A program made the position numbers and the translations under genes. A stretch of DNA of 63,999 nucleotides, the filler included, from an uncultured bacterium (GTDB taxonomy: Bacteria; CAYJOG01): NCBI GenBank assembly GCA_964371695.1. It is 11 parts of 11 records of this genome, joined end to end, with 100 filler letters (N's around TTAATTAATTAA, not from the genome) between each part and the next. Parts side by side here need not be neighbours in the genome. Positions count along the whole stretch, not along the records: positions 41,282 to 47,015 come from CAYJOG010000206.1; positions 47,116 to 52,736 come from CAYJOG010000208.1; positions 52,837 to 58,426 come from CAYJOG010000209.1; 8 more parts are not named here. One strand, written 5' to 3'. Under the pieces are notes generated by a model. The model was given only the letters and a program-made list of their open reading frames with translations. It made no database searches and was not told where the DNA came from. Shown in pieces: positions 41,333-54,371 of this stretch (the stretch's first letter is position 1; each line of letters begins with the position of its first letter).

Positions 41333-41355
41333 GGCAGGCAGGATGCCTGCGCCAC
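41333..41355 (-). repeat. GTGG-type REP
   Basis: Minus strand GTGG + CGCAGGCA-tcc-TGCCTGCC. Confidence 0.65.
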
Positions 41356-41373
41356 CAAAAACAATGGCCATCT

Positions 41374-42189
41374 TCACAACTCAAACGCTTCGCTCAACCA
41401 GGCGGCCACACCTTCATCCTGCGGTCCCGGACAAGTGAAACGGGCCGCCTGACGCACCGTGTCATGGCCTGTTTCCACCGCCACCCCCACGCCACAATCC
41501 CGCACCATTTCCAGGTCGTTCTCGTTGTCACCAAACGCCAGCACACCGGCCATGTCCACATCAATCAGGCCACACAACGCCTGCAAAGCGGTGAACTTGC
41601 TGGCCCCCGTGTGCAGCACCTCCAGATAATCCGGCTCGCTGAACACCATTCGCACCCCTTCGCCGTCGCTGATCTGCCGGTAGTCCCGGCGAAAAACTGC
41701 CAGTTCCGCAGGCTCACCCACCAGCAGCAGCTTGGCCGGACCTTGTTCCAGAAAAGGCGTGAGGTCCCCCACCGCTTCTCCCATGAGTTTTTCTTTTTCG
41801 CAGGTGTAAACCGCACGGGGCGTGAGGTGTTCGTAAAGCAGCCGGTGGTCGTGGTAACAGTTCACGTGAAGACCCGCCGCCTTGGCCCGGTCCACCACCC
41901 CCAGAGCGTCTTGCGGGTGCAGGGGCTGGGCGGCCAGGTCCTGCTGCTGCAACGGGTCAAACACACAGGCCCCGTTCATGAGCACCAGGGGCGCGTTCAC
42001 TGGCAGGTTTTCATAAAAAGGCCGGAACGATGGCCAGGTGCGGCCCGTGGCCACCGTAAAAGCCAGTCCCCCCGCCGTGAGTTCCCGCAGCACCTGCAAA
42101 GTGCGGGGCATCAGTCGGCGCTCCGGCGGCGCCACCAGCGTGTTGTCCAGGTCGCACACCAGCAGTTCTATTTTCCGGTCGAGAATCAT
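41374..42189 (-). CDS. Cof-type HAD-IIB hydrolase
   Basis: DLDNTL, ATGR, ASK, FGDNENDLEM. Confidence 0.92.
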   Translation of the reverse strand: MILDRKIELLVCDLDNTLVAPPERRLMPRTLQVLRELTAGGLAFTVATGRTWPSFRPFYENLPVNAPLVLMNGACVFDPLQQQDLAAQPLHPQDALGVVDRAKAAGLHVNCYHDHRLLYEHLTPRAVYTCEKEKLMGEAVGDLTPFLEQGPAKLLLVGEPAELAVFRRDYRQISDGEGVRMVFSEPDYLEVLHTGASKFTALQALCGLIDVDMAGVLAFGDNENDLEMVRDCGVGVAVETGHDTVRQAARFTCPGPQDEGVAAWLSEAFEL

Positions 42190-42743
42190 CGCCCGCCCCA
42201 GTCCTCTGGCTTCGCCACCACCGGCAGGCCGTGCTGCACTTTTTCTGGCGGAGGCGAAACACCCGTCAGCTCTTCAAACAACACCAACGACAAAGCGGGT
42301 ATCAGCACAAAATCCCGTTCTGCCAAACCGGGGTGCGGCAACCTCAGCATTTCCGTCTGCACACCGCCGCCACTCCACCACAACAGGTCCAGGTCCAGTG
42401 GCCTTGGCCCCCAATGAACGGAACGGTCGCGCTCAAAACAATCTTCTTCACGGCGGCACAGGTCCAGCAGCGCCTGGGGCCCATGGGGCCACGAGACCCA
42501 GGCGCAGGCGTTCAAAAAATCCGGCTGCGCCACCGGCCCCATGGGGGGCGACAACACCACCACGCTGCGGGCCAGCACCCTGGCGTTTTGGTTTTCCAGA
42601 TTCTCAAGCGCCACCCGCAGGTTGGCCAGGCAGTCGCCCAGATTGGCCCCCAGGCCCAGCAGATAGAGACTTTTTTCCGCCGCCGCGCCGCGCAGTGCTT
42701 CCTCCTGTTGGGTGGTGATGGCCTGTTGCAGCATGGCGCTCAC
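42186..42743 (-). CDS. folK: 2-amino-4-hydroxy-6-hydroxymethyldihydropteridine diphosphokinase
   Basis: GLGANLG, QPDFLNA, WGPRPLDLDLL, LPHP..ERDFVL; GTG start overlaps kdsB stop. Confidence 0.92.
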   Translation of the reverse strand: MSAMLQQAITTQQEEALRGAAAEKSLYLLGLGANLGDCLANLRVALENLENQNARVLARSVVVLSPPMGPVAQPDFLNACAWVSWPHGPQALLDLCRREEDCFERDRSVHWGPRPLDLDLLWWSGGGVQTEMLRLPHPGLAERDFVLIPALSLVLFEELTGVSPPPEKVQHGLPVVAKPEDWGGR

Positions 42744-43480
42744 CGCCCTGACTTCAACAGTTGATTGACGTGTTCCAGGTCTTCGGGTGTGTCCACGCCG
42801 ACGGGGCGGTAGGCAGTCTGAATCACCCGCAGGTCTTTGCCCAGACGCATGAGCCGAAGTTGCTCCAACCCCTCCACCACTTCCAGGGCATCGGGCTTTT
42901 GACGGGCGAACCACAGCAGCAGATCCCGCTCGTAGGCATAAATGCCGATGTGCTGCATGGCCAGCGCCGTGGCCCCCGGTTTGCGCGGATAGGGAATGGG
43001 GCGACGGCTGAAATAAAGCGCCCGGCCATCACGCCGCAGCAGCACCTTCACCACGTTGGGGTTCAGCCAGTGTTCTTCGTCTGACAGCGGGCAGGCGGCG
43101 GTGGCCACCTCGGCGGGGTGCGCCTGCACCAGTCTGGCCACCTGATTGATCAGCCGGGGCTCCATGAGCGGCTCGTCGCCCTGGATGTTCACCAGAAAAG
43201 CCGCCTGGGGCATTTTGCGCGCCACCTCGGCCAGACGATCGGTGCCGCTGGGGTGCTTTGGGGAAGTCATCACCACGTCCAGGCGGTGTTTTTGACACAC
43301 CTCCGCCACTTCGGCGTGGTCCGTAGCCACCACCACACCACCCAGCGCTTTGGCCCTGAGCGCCCGCCGAGCCACGGCCACCACCATGGGTACGCCCCCC
43401 ACTTTGGCCAGCACCTTGCCCGGAAATCGCTCACTGCCAAACCGCGCGGGCACTACGCCCAAAACGTTGGAACTTTTCAT
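42740..43480 (-). CDS. kdsB: 3-deoxy-manno-octulosonate cytidylyltransferase
   Basis: PARFGSERFPGK, SGTDR, NIQGDEP, HIGIYAY, EGLEQLR, GVDTPED. Confidence 0.95.
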   Translation of the reverse strand: MKSSNVLGVVPARFGSERFPGKVLAKVGGVPMVVAVARRALRAKALGGVVVATDHAEVAEVCQKHRLDVVMTSPKHPSGTDRLAEVARKMPQAAFLVNIQGDEPLMEPRLINQVARLVQAHPAEVATAACPLSDEEHWLNPNVVKVLLRRDGRALYFSRRPIPYPRKPGATALAMQHIGIYAYERDLLLWFARQKPDALEVVEGLEQLRLMRLGKDLRVIQTAYRPVGVDTPEDLEHVNQLLKSGR

Positions 43481-43484
43481 GGGT

Positions 43485-45946
43485 TTACACCCTGCGGATC
43501 CCCAGACCGGGCCTGCGTTTGGGTGTGCCGGGGGGAGGGGGTTTCAGGGTGGGCCTCGGCAAGGATTTCGTCACCGCTTTTTTGGGTTCACCCGCCGGAT
43601 TTTCTGGCGGCACGGCCAGCGCCAGTCGCAGCACGTCGCCGGTGGTCTTGACGTAATGAATCTTCACGTGCTCCCGCACCGTGGGCGGCAGCTCGGCGTG
43701 CTGTTTCTTGTTTTCGTAGGGCAGGATGATGTGCGCAATGCCCAGGCGCGCCGCCGCCAGGGTTTTTTCCTTCAGGCCGCCCACCCCCAGCACGTCGCCC
43801 CGCAGGGTGATTTCTCCGGTCATGGCCACGTCGTTGCGCACAGGCCGCTTGAGCACGGCGCTCACCATGCTGGTGAACAGGCACACCCCCGCCGAGGGGC
43901 CGTCTTTGGGCGTGGCCCCTTCGGGCACATGCACATGCAGGTCGTGTTTCTCAAAAAAGTCTGCCGCGACACCCAGCATGGGGGCGTTAAACCGCAGGAT
44001 GCTCAGGGCCGCATGGGCGCTTTCTTTCATTACGTCGCCCAGGCTGCCGGTGAGTTGCAGCTTGCCCTTGCCGGGCATCACGGTGGTCTCCACAAACAGC
44101 ACGTCGCCCCCCACCGAGGTATAAGCCAGCCCCGTGGCCACGCCCACCTTGGGCTCGTTCATGGCCAAACCGTGATCAAACCGCACCACACCCAGATATT
44201 TGCCCAGGTCTTTTTCGGTGACTTCCACCGGGCCGGTTTTGCCCTGTGTCACCACGCGCCGGGCGATTTTGCGCAGCAGCTTGCCCAACATGCGCTCCAG
44301 CTCGCGCACCCCCGCCTCGCGGGTGTAGCGGCGGATGATGTGCAGCAGCATGGCGTCGTCCAGCTTCACCTTCACCTTGGTCAGGCCCAGTTTTTCTTTT
44401 TGTTTGGGCAACAGGTGCCGCCGGGCGATGACCAGTTTTTCTTCATCGGTATAACCGGGCAGGCGGATGATTTCCATGCGGTCCCGCAGAGGGCCGGGAA
44501 TCGTATCGAGCATGTTGGCGGTGGTGATAAACAACACGTCCGACAGGTCAAAAGGCACTTCCAGATAGTGATCGCTGAACTCCCGGTTCTGCTCCGGATC
44601 CAACACCTCCAGCAAAGCCGCTGAGGGGTCACCACGAAAATCCGTGCTCATTTTGTCCACTTCATCGAGCAGCATCACCGGGTTGGCCGAAGCGGCTTTT
44701 TTGATGGACTGGATGACGCGGCCCGGCAGCGCCCCCACATAGGTGCGGCGGTGGCCACGGACCTCTGCTTCATCCCGCACGCCCCCCAGCGACACCCGCA
44801 CATATTGCCTGCCGATGGACCGCGCAATGCTGCGGCCCAGGCTGGTTTTGCCCACGCCCGGCGGCCCCACAAAACACAGAATCGCCCCCTGCATGTTGCC
44901 GGTGAGTTTGCTCACCGCCAAGTGTTCCAGAATACGTTCCTTCACTTCGTCCAGGCCGTGGTGGTCTTCATCCAGGCATTTCTTCACCAGTTTCAGGTCC
45001 AGCTTGTCTTCGGTCTTCACGCGCCAGGGCAGGTCCAGCAGCCAGTCCAGATAGGTGCGCACCACCGAGGCTTCGGCGGTGTCCTGGTGCATCTGCTCCA
45101 GGCGCTGTATCTGTTTGTTGATCACCTGCCGCACTTCGTCGTTGCAGCCCAGTTTTTCCAGCTTGCTTTTCAGTTCGTTGATTTCCGCCGAGCGGGCGTC
45201 TTCTTGCCCCAGTTCCTGATGAATGGCGCGCAGTTGCTCCTTGAGGAAATATTCCTTTTGGCTTTTTTCCATCTGCTTGCGCACACGGCTGAAGATTTTT
45301 TTCTCAATGCCCAGAATCTCGATTTCGTTGTGCAGCAGGCGGCTGACAGTCTCCAGGCGCGCGCGGGGGTCACGGGTGGCGAGAATGGCCTGCTTCTGTT
45401 CCACCTTCAGCAGCATGTGGCTGGCCACCAGGTCGCCCAGGCGGCAGATGTCGTCCACCTGATGGGCGCTGCTGATGATTTCCACCGACAGCGACTGGTT
45501 GAGCTTGACGTATTGCTCGAAATGCGAAAGCACCGTGCGGCGCAGGGCTTCCAGTTCCTTGGACGAACCCACCTTGTCAATCCACACTTCCACGGTGGCC
45601 TGATAGAGATGGTCGTGAGACTGGATGGTCTTGATCTCTGCGCGGTCCTTGCCCTCCACCAACACCTTTACGGTGCCGTCGGGCAGTTTGAGCAGTTGCA
45701 GGATTTCCGCCATGGTGCCCACGGGGTAGAGATCCGAGGGGCCGGGGTCTTCCAGCCGAGCGTCCAGTTGGGTGGCCAGCAGAATATGCCGGTCGCCGGT
45801 CATGGCGGATTCCAGCGCATTCAGGCTACGCTCGCGCCCCACAAACAGGGGCAGGATCATGCCAGGGAACACCACCACGTCGCGCAGCGGCAACACGGGC
45901 AGGCCACGCACTTCTCCCCGTGGCGCGGGCGTGCGGCGCACTGCCA

Positions 45947-45947
<1 letters not shown>
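43485..45947 (-). CDS. lon: Lon protease
   Basis: [33 protein letters not shown]. Confidence 0.98.
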
Positions 45948-47015
<1,068 letters not shown>

Positions 47016-47115
47016 NNNNNNNNNNNNNNNNNNNNNNNNNNNNNNNNNNNNNNNNNNNNTTAATTAATTAANNNNNNNNNNNNNNNNNNNNNNNNNNNNN
47101 NNNNNNNNNNNNNNN

Positions 47116-48724
47116 CCCCATGGAAGCCTACCGGGCCTATTGGGAACAAAATCAGGGAACTGCCACCGCCGTTTCACCAGAGGAACCCCCGGCCCAGATA
47201 CCGCCGGAACCGGAACAGGCACCCCCAGCCACTTCATGGGAAACACCTCCTGAAGAATCACCCGTTTTTGAGCCTCCCCTTGCCCCACTGCCTGAAGAAC
47301 CAGCTTTTGAGGCAGCCCTTGCAGAACCCACACCCCCTACGGAACCACTCGTGGAACCGCCTGTGGCCAGTCTTCCGCCACCTCCCGAAGAGGGCAAGGC
47401 TGAAGAAACCCCGGCTCCAACGCCAAGCACCACCTGGTTTGAACACCACACCGACACCCCGCAGGCAGCAGAAGCGGCCGTGCCTCCCGCACCCCTCCCC
47501 CAAACGGTTTCCACAGAGGAACCGGCGCTGTTTCAGGAAGAACTGCCAACACCTCAGCAGGCCCCTTCGGCACTTTCACAGACCTTGCCCGCCCTGGGCC
47601 TGAGCCTGCTGGTGGCCACGGCCACCGGCGTCTTTCTGGCCATGGGCTGGATCAGCGCCCTGGCCGGGGGCCTGCTGGGCACGGCCGCCCTGCTGTTCCT
47701 TCGTCGCAGCGCCCCCCCTGCCCTGTGTCTGGCCCCCGTGCTCTGGGCCAGCGCCGCAACCTTGTTTGGCACACTGGCGGCGGGCAGAGGCCCCTGGCTG
47801 ACCCTGCCGTTTCCCCTTCCCCTGTCGGGAACCCCGGCCACGGCGGCGCACCTTTTGCTGGGTTTGCTGGTGCTGCCCGTTGTTCTGTGCTGGCTGGTGG
47901 CCAAAAACCTGCGCAACACGGAAAAAATAGATGTTCTGCCCATGCCCGGCAAGCTGGGGATTCTGACCGGCATCCTGGGTCTGGTGCTGGCCATGGCTGT
48001 TTTTGCCCTGGGGCTGAAACCGGTTTTCGCCCCCAAGGCGGACGCCGAGGTGCTCACCGCCGCCTGCCGGGGGCAGGTGGCCCTGCTCAGCCTTCTGCCT
48101 TCAAAAGGATTGCCCCTTCCCCCCGTGCGGGCCAACTTGCAGGCCACACTGATCCCCCCCTTCATGCCCCCCGCCGCGCCGGGCGAGGTCACCTCGGCCT
48201 CCATTCTGGTCAGCGCCCCAACGGTTTCGCCCGATCAACTTCAGTGTGAATATCTCTGCACCAGTCCCAAAATCTGCCGGTTAAGCCAACTTTCGCTCCC
48301 TTCCCCCATGGCCGACATGGCGCTTTTCGCCATCTCCGCCCCATCGGCCCCGGCCATGCCCGTGCCGGTCCCCACCCCTGTTTCGCCATCGTCAACCTTG
48401 TCTGCCTCTGGACAAACTCCTGCGATGATGCAATTCCCGGCCTTGACGGACGCCGCCCTGCCCATTGTGGCCGAATGCACCGCCGTGATGGAGGCTTTTG
48501 GCCACGAAACCGCCGCCAAGGGCAAAAAGTGCGATGAAATCACCACCAATACCCGCTGGTCGGGCTGGCTGCAAGGTTATGGCCGGGCCAACTGCCCTTC
48601 CCTCACCCTCTCCCAACCCCAGGACGGCCCCTGTGTGCTGGAGGCCAAAGGCCGAAGCAACGCCGGGAAGGTTTGTGTGATTCGCGCACAGGCGGGCGAA
48701 AAACCTTCTGTTACGTGCCAGTAA
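47116..48724 (+). CDS. Hypothetical membrane protein with Pro/Glu-rich N-terminus and Cys-containing extracytoplasmic C-terminus (probably 5' truncated)
   Basis: 534-aa ORF, several TM segments. Confidence 0.55.
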
Positions 48725-48818
48725 GCACCGACTTCTGGCAGTTCTGAATAAAAAATCCTGACTCGCGCCAATTCCCAAACGGCCCTGTCTTACGCGTTAA
48801 AATGGTGGGTCACCAATC

Positions 48819-50954
48819 ATGGCCAACACCCCTGCCATCTCTCTGCCTTTTAATCCCCGTGCGCTGACGGAGTGGGCGTTGCCCGTTGGCGTGGTGGTGA
48901 TGCTGCTGGCCCTGGTGGTGCCACTGCCCGGACTGGCGCTGGATTTCCTCATCACCTTCAGCATGACCATCGGCATTCTCACCATCATGGTCTCCATGTA
49001 CCTGCGGGAGCCGCTGGAGTTTTCGGCTTTTCCCACGGTGATTCTGGTGAGCACCCTCTTCCGTCTGGTGCTGAACATCGCCACCACCCGCTCCATCCTC
49101 ACCACCGGCCACGCAGGCAACATCATCAACAGTTTTGGTTCGTTCGTGCTGGGGGGCACCGAAGCCCGCAACATCGTGGTGGGCCTCATCATCTTTTCGA
49201 TTTTGGTCTTCGTGAACTTTGTGGTGATCACCCACGGCGCAAAACGCATCGGCGAGGTGGCCGCCCGCTTCACCCTGGACGCCATGCCCGGCAAGCAGAT
49301 GTCCATTGACGCCGACCTGAATCACGGCCTGATCACCGACCAGGAAGCCCGCACCCGCCGCCGCAAGCTGGAGCGCGAGTCGGACTATTTCGGCGCCATG
49401 GACGGCGCGAGCAACTTTGTGCAGCGCGACGCCATCGCCGGCATCGTCATCACCCTTATCAACGTTGTGGGGGGTTTTGTGGTGGGCATTGTGAGCATGA
49501 ACCTCTCCCCCGCCGAGTCCTTCAACCTGTTCACCCGCCTCACGGTGGGTGACGGTCTGGTAAACCAGTTGCCCGCCATTCTCATGAGCACGGCCACGGG
49601 CATCATGGTGACCAACGCAGCAGGCGATCAGAACATGAGCCAGGACATCCTCAGTCAGTTTGGCCAGCGCAGCGACCCGCTGAAAATCACCGGCGGCCTG
49701 CTGCTGGCCCTGGGTGTGATGGGTGTGTTCACCGGCATGCCACCGCTGCCGTTGGTGTTATTGGGGGGCGGTTTGGTGGCCCTGGCCCTTTACCGTGAAC
49801 GCTCAGAAAAAGCCGCCCAGCAACGCGCCCAGGTGAAACCTGCCGCCGAAGAAGCCAAGCCTGATATTGGCCGCGCCCAGGACGTGACCCAGCTCTTGCA
49901 CGTAGACGCCATGGAGCTGGAAATCGGCTATGCCCTCATTCCCCTGGTGGACCCCGACCAGAAGGGCGACCTGCTGGACCGCGTGACCATGATCCGCCGC
50001 CAGACCGCCCTGGAAATGGGTCTGGTGGTGCCCCCCATCCGCATCCGCGACAACATCCAGCTTCGCCCCAACGACTACGCCATCAAGATTCGTGGCAACG
50101 AAGTGGCCAAGGGCAATGTGATGGTGGACCGGTTTCTGGCCATGAACCCCGGCGAGGTGAGCGAAGAGGTGGACGGCATTCCCACCACCGAGCCAGCCTT
50201 TGGCCTGCCCGCGCTCTGGATCGCCGAAACACAAAAAGATCAGGCTGAAATGGCTGGTTACACCATCGTGGACCCCGCCAGCGTGGTGGCCACCCACCTC
50301 ACCGAAGTCATCAAGAGCCATGGTTATGAACTGTTGGGCCGTCAGGAGGTCAAAAGCCTGCTGGACAACCTCAAGGACAAATACGCTGCGGTGGTAGACG
50401 AACTGGTGCCCGACGTGCTCAGTGTGGGCGAAGTGCAAAAGGTGCTGCAAAACCTGCTGCGCGAGCGCGTGCCGGTGCGCAATCTGGTCACCATTCTGGA
50501 AACCCTGGCCGACTACGGCGGCATGACCAAAGACGTGGACGTGCTGACGGAATATGTGCGCTCGCGTCTGGCCCGCGAAATCTGCGCCACCCACCAGTTG
50601 CCCGACGGCGCGCTGGCGGTGATGACGCTGGACCCCGAAGTGGAAGAAACCATCCAGCGCAGCATTCACCGGGGTGAGCGCACCAGTTATGCCGTGTTGC
50701 CCCCCGACGTGACCCTGCGTCTGAAAGAGGGCCTGGACGCCGAAGTGGGCAAGGCCGCCACCCTGGGTTATCAACCCATTCTGCTGGCCAGCCCCCGCGT
50801 GCGCACCTACCTCAAAAAGCTGGTGGATCCATTCTTTCCGTCGCTGGTGGTTTTGAGCCACAGCGAGATCACGCCGGGCATCAAGCTGCGCAGCATTGGC
50901 ACCGTGCGGCTGGGCGCTGGCCGCGCCCCGGCCCCGGCGGGGGGTGAAGACTGA
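48819..50954 (+). CDS. flhA: Flagellar export protein FlhA
   Basis: EVAARFTLDAMPGKQMSIDADL, FGAMDGA, TVGDGLV. Confidence 0.97.
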   Translation: MANTPAISLPFNPRALTEWALPVGVVVMLLALVVPLPGLALDFLITFSMTIGILTIMVSMYLREPLEFSAFPTVILVSTLFRLVLNIATTRSILTTGHAGNIINSFGSFVLGGTEARNIVVGLIIFSILVFVNFVVITHGAKRIGEVAARFTLDAMPGKQMSIDADLNHGLITDQEARTRRRKLERESDYFGAMDGASNFVQRDAIAGIVITLINVVGGFVVGIVSMNLSPAESFNLFTRLTVGDGLVNQLPAILMSTATGIMVTNAAGDQNMSQDILSQFGQRSDPLKITGGLLLALGVMGVFTGMPPLPLVLLGGGLVALALYRERSEKAAQQRAQVKPAAEEAKPDIGRAQDVTQLLHVDAMELEIGYALIPLVDPDQKGDLLDRVTMIRRQTALEMGLVVPPIRIRDNIQLRPNDYAIKIRGNEVAKGNVMVDRFLAMNPGEVSEEVDGIPTTEPAFGLPALWIAETQKDQAEMAGYTIVDPASVVATHLTEVIKSHGYELLGRQEVKSLLDNLKDKYAAVVDELVPDVLSVGEVQKVLQNLLRERVPVRNLVTILETLADYGGMTKDVDVLTEYVRSRLAREICATHQLPDGALAVMTLDPEVEETIQRSIHRGERTSYAVLPPDVTLRLKEGLDAEVGKAATLGYQPILLASPRVRTYLKKLVDPFFPSLVVLSHSEITPGIKLRSIGTVRLGAGRAPAPAGGED

Positions 50955-52219
50955 TGCTCACCAAACGTTACGAGGCAGAGTCCCTGAACGAAGCCCTGCT
51001 GGCAGCCCGCCAGGAACTGGGTGAGGGCGTGGTGGTGCTGCACAGCAAACGCAAGGTGGTGGGCGGCATTTCTTTTCTCGGAAACCTGTTTGGCCGGGAG
51101 TGTTATGAAGTGCTGGTGGGCGTGGCCGAAAGCGGCGACTCGGACCTGCCCAACCCGGCCCTGCGTTTTGCCCAGCCCAGGGCCACGACGCGTGCTGCGT
51201 CCGCAGCCCCCCAACATGGTGGAGGTTTTGATTTTGTAGAGTCTTCCACCGCCATGCCCCAGGCAGACCCCATGCTGCCGCCGCCCCCCATGCAGGCCAA
51301 TCCCTGGACACGCCACACGCCCCCGGCGGCTCAGCCCAGCACCGAGGGGTTTAACGGTCTCTCGGCAGGGGGCGNNNNNNNNNNTGACGCAGTTTTTGTC
51401 GGCCCAGGCGGCACAGGCCGCCAGCCCGGCAATCACGGGTCGCCCCATCGGGGTCTGGGCGGAACTCAGCGCCCTGCTGTTGCGCCAGGGTGTGGCGGCG
51501 GACCTGGTGGACACCGTGCTGAGCGAGGCCCAGACCCTGGGGGATTCCCAGGCCAGCCGGGCGCTGCGCACGGTGTTGCTGGGGCGTCTGAAGACCGCCG
51601 CCGGGGTGCGGCCCGTCCAGCCAGGGCGGCCCCATGTCTGCGTATTTGTGGGGCCAACCGGCGTGGGCAAAACCACCACCATCGCCAAAATCGCCGCCGG
51701 GCTGACACTGATTCAGAACTACAACGTGTGTCTGGCCAGTGCGGACACCTATCGCATTGCGGCGGTGGAGCAGCTCAAGGTCTATGCCGACATCATCGGT
51801 GTGCCCATGGAAGTGCTGTATGGGGCCGACGAAGTGCCCGCCTTTCTGCAACGGCGCACGGACATGGACATTCTGCTGGTGGACACCGCCGGGCGCAGCC
51901 CCCGCAACGAGCAGCAGATGCAGGAGCTTCTGGCCCTGGTGCAGGCCCTTTCACCTCAGGAAATCCATTTTGTGGTGGCGGCCAACCTGGACCTGAACGA
52001 CAGCCTGGGAGCGCTGGAGCGGTTTTCGCACATCGGCGCAAACCGGCTGGTGCTCACCAAGCTGGACGAAAGCCACACCCCCGGCGTGCTGCTCAACCTC
52101 GCCGCCAAAAGCGGCGCGCCTTTCAGTTACGTCACCATGGGCCAGTCTGTGCCAGACGACATTCTGGAACCCACACCGGCTGACCTCGCCGCCTGGGTGA
52201 TGGGCGAAAGGAGCCTGCC

Positions 52220-52223
<4 letters not shown>
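50954..52223 (+). CDS. flhF: Flagellar GTPase FlhF (interrupted by 10-N scaffold gap at 51375-51384)
   Basis: N-terminus KRYEAESLNEAL..ELG; after gap GPTGVGKTTT, DTYRIAAVEQL, DTAGRS, TKLDE, GQSVPDD. Confidence 0.93.
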
Positions 52224-52736
<513 letters not shown>

Positions 52737-52857
52737 NNNNNNNNNNNNNNNNNNNNNNNNNNNNNNNNNNNNNNNNNNNNTTAATTAATTAANNNNNNNN
52801 NNNNNNNNNNNNNNNNNNNNNNNNNNNNNNNNNNNNGACAACCCGCACCAACTGACC

Positions 52858-53004
52858 CGAACACCGAGGCGCAACATGCGCCGGAGGTGTTTGCGGCGCA
52901 AGCGGGCTTTGCCTGCGCCGCGCCGGGCCGCAGCCGTTCATGACGAACGGCAAGGCCAATTAATCCAATGAACATTCATGCTGTTTTGAATGTTCATTGG
53001 TATA
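52858..53004. repeat. Structured repeat/MITE family F, copy 1
   Basis: ~147-nt match to 62747-62893; ends ATTGGTATA. Confidence 0.85.
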
Positions 53005-53033
53005 AGACCGGCTTAAGCGCTAACCTTTGCGGC

Positions 53034-54359
53034 ATGTCCCGATTACATCTTTGTGTCTGCGGCCTGCTGGCCGTCTTCTCACTCGTGTTGTCCGCCGCGC
53101 CTGTTCGCGCCCTTGGCCCCACGGACATCATGGAGTTTTACCAATACGACCCCACCCTGCCGCTCGACGCCGAGGTGAAGCCGGACGCAGAAGCCTCGCC
53201 TCTGCACACCGTTTATCACGTCGTCTTCACCAGCGTACACAACGAGCGGGTGACAGCCCTGTTTGGCGTGCCCAAAAAGGGCAAGGCCCCCTTTCCGTGC
53301 ATGATCGTGGGGCACGGTTATGGCGACAGCAAAAACTTTGCCCGCATGGCCATGAACATGCCCGCCATGCACAACCTGTGCGTGATGGGCATCGACGCCC
53401 AATATCACGGCGAACGCAAAAAACCGGGCGTCAACATTTTTGGCCCCAACCTGTTCGAAAACCGCAACGCCATCATTCAGTCGGTGGTGGACATGCGCCG
53501 GGCCTATGACTTTTTGCTGACCCGCCAGGAGGTGGACCCCAACCGGATTGGTTATCTGGGGGCCAGCATGGGGGCCATCATGGGGAGTCTTTTTCTGGGC
53601 AGCGACCGCAGGCCCGCTGCGGGTGTGCTGATTGTGGGCGGCGGCGGCTGGGAGAACATCATGAAACTCAGCGCCATTCCCCCGGCCATCGCCCTGCGCA
53701 GCCGCCCGGAAATCGCCCTGCACACACTGGTGGAGCACTTTCAGGTGGTGGAGCCGCTGAACTTCATCGGCAACTACAAAAAACCCCTGCTGCTGCTCAA
53801 CGGCGCGCTGGACAACATCGTGCCCGCCCCCACCGGCAAGGCGCTGTTTGAAGCGGCCAGCCAGCCCAAGGAAATCGTGTGGTACAACAGCGGCCACATT
53901 CCCCCGCTTGAAAAAGCCCTGCCCAAGGTGAAGTCATTCCTCACCAAAAACCTGCTGAACCTGCCCCTCGGCACACCGGCTCCCCCGGCCGCCGCGCCGG
54001 TGGCAGTGGAGAAAACCGCTCTGAAAACCACGCTGGATCTGGTGAACAAAGAGGGCGCGTGGCCCACCCTCACCCTCACGGCAGCCACCACGCCTCCCGC
54101 CACCAGCGGTGTGAAGGTGGAAGTGAACGTGAGCGGCATTGGCAGCGTGCCCATGTATGACACGGGCCGCGAAGGCGACGTCAAGGCGGGCGACGGCATT
54201 TACACCTTTCGCATCGAACTGCCCATCGAGGTGAAAATGGTGCAGAAGGCCGACCTGACGGTGTCGGTGAAAAACGACAAGGGCGCGCTGCTGGCCGAGG
54301 ACAAACAGTCGGTGTCCGTGGGCAAGCTGATCTTCCCAAAAGCGCCGAAGTACAACTGA
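53034..54359 (+). CDS. Secreted alpha/beta hydrolase (esterase) with C-terminal choice-of-anchor X-like motif
   Basis: Signal peptide, GASMG, DNIV, SGH triad; MYDTGREGDVKAGDGIYT. Confidence 0.82.
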   Translation: MSRLHLCVCGLLAVFSLVLSAAPVRALGPTDIMEFYQYDPTLPLDAEVKPDAEASPLHTVYHVVFTSVHNERVTALFGVPKKGKAPFPCMIVGHGYGDSKNFARMAMNMPAMHNLCVMGIDAQYHGERKKPGVNIFGPNLFENRNAIIQSVVDMRRAYDFLLTRQEVDPNRIGYLGASMGAIMGSLFLGSDRRPAAGVLIVGGGGWENIMKLSAIPPAIALRSRPEIALHTLVEHFQVVEPLNFIGNYKKPLLLLNGALDNIVPAPTGKALFEAASQPKEIVWYNSGHIPPLEKALPKVKSFLTKNLLNLPLGTPAPPAAAPVAVEKTALKTTLDLVNKEGAWPTLTLTAATTPPATSGVKVEVNVSGIGSVPMYDTGREGDVKAGDGIYTFRIELPIEVKMVQKADLTVSVKNDKGALLAEDKQSVSVGKLIFPKAPKYN

Positions 54360-54371
54360 GTTAATCCGCGT

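Noticed and set aside
51375-51384. Apparent frameshift splitting flhF into two ORFs
   Set aside because: Coincides with a 10-N scaffold gap of unknown true length
52968-53033. N-terminal extensions of ORFs 52968, 60918, 11846-13651, 42186-42914 and 54372-54911
   Set aside because: They run through MITEs or overlapping genes; downstream starts with signal peptides, RBS or stop-start coupling fit better
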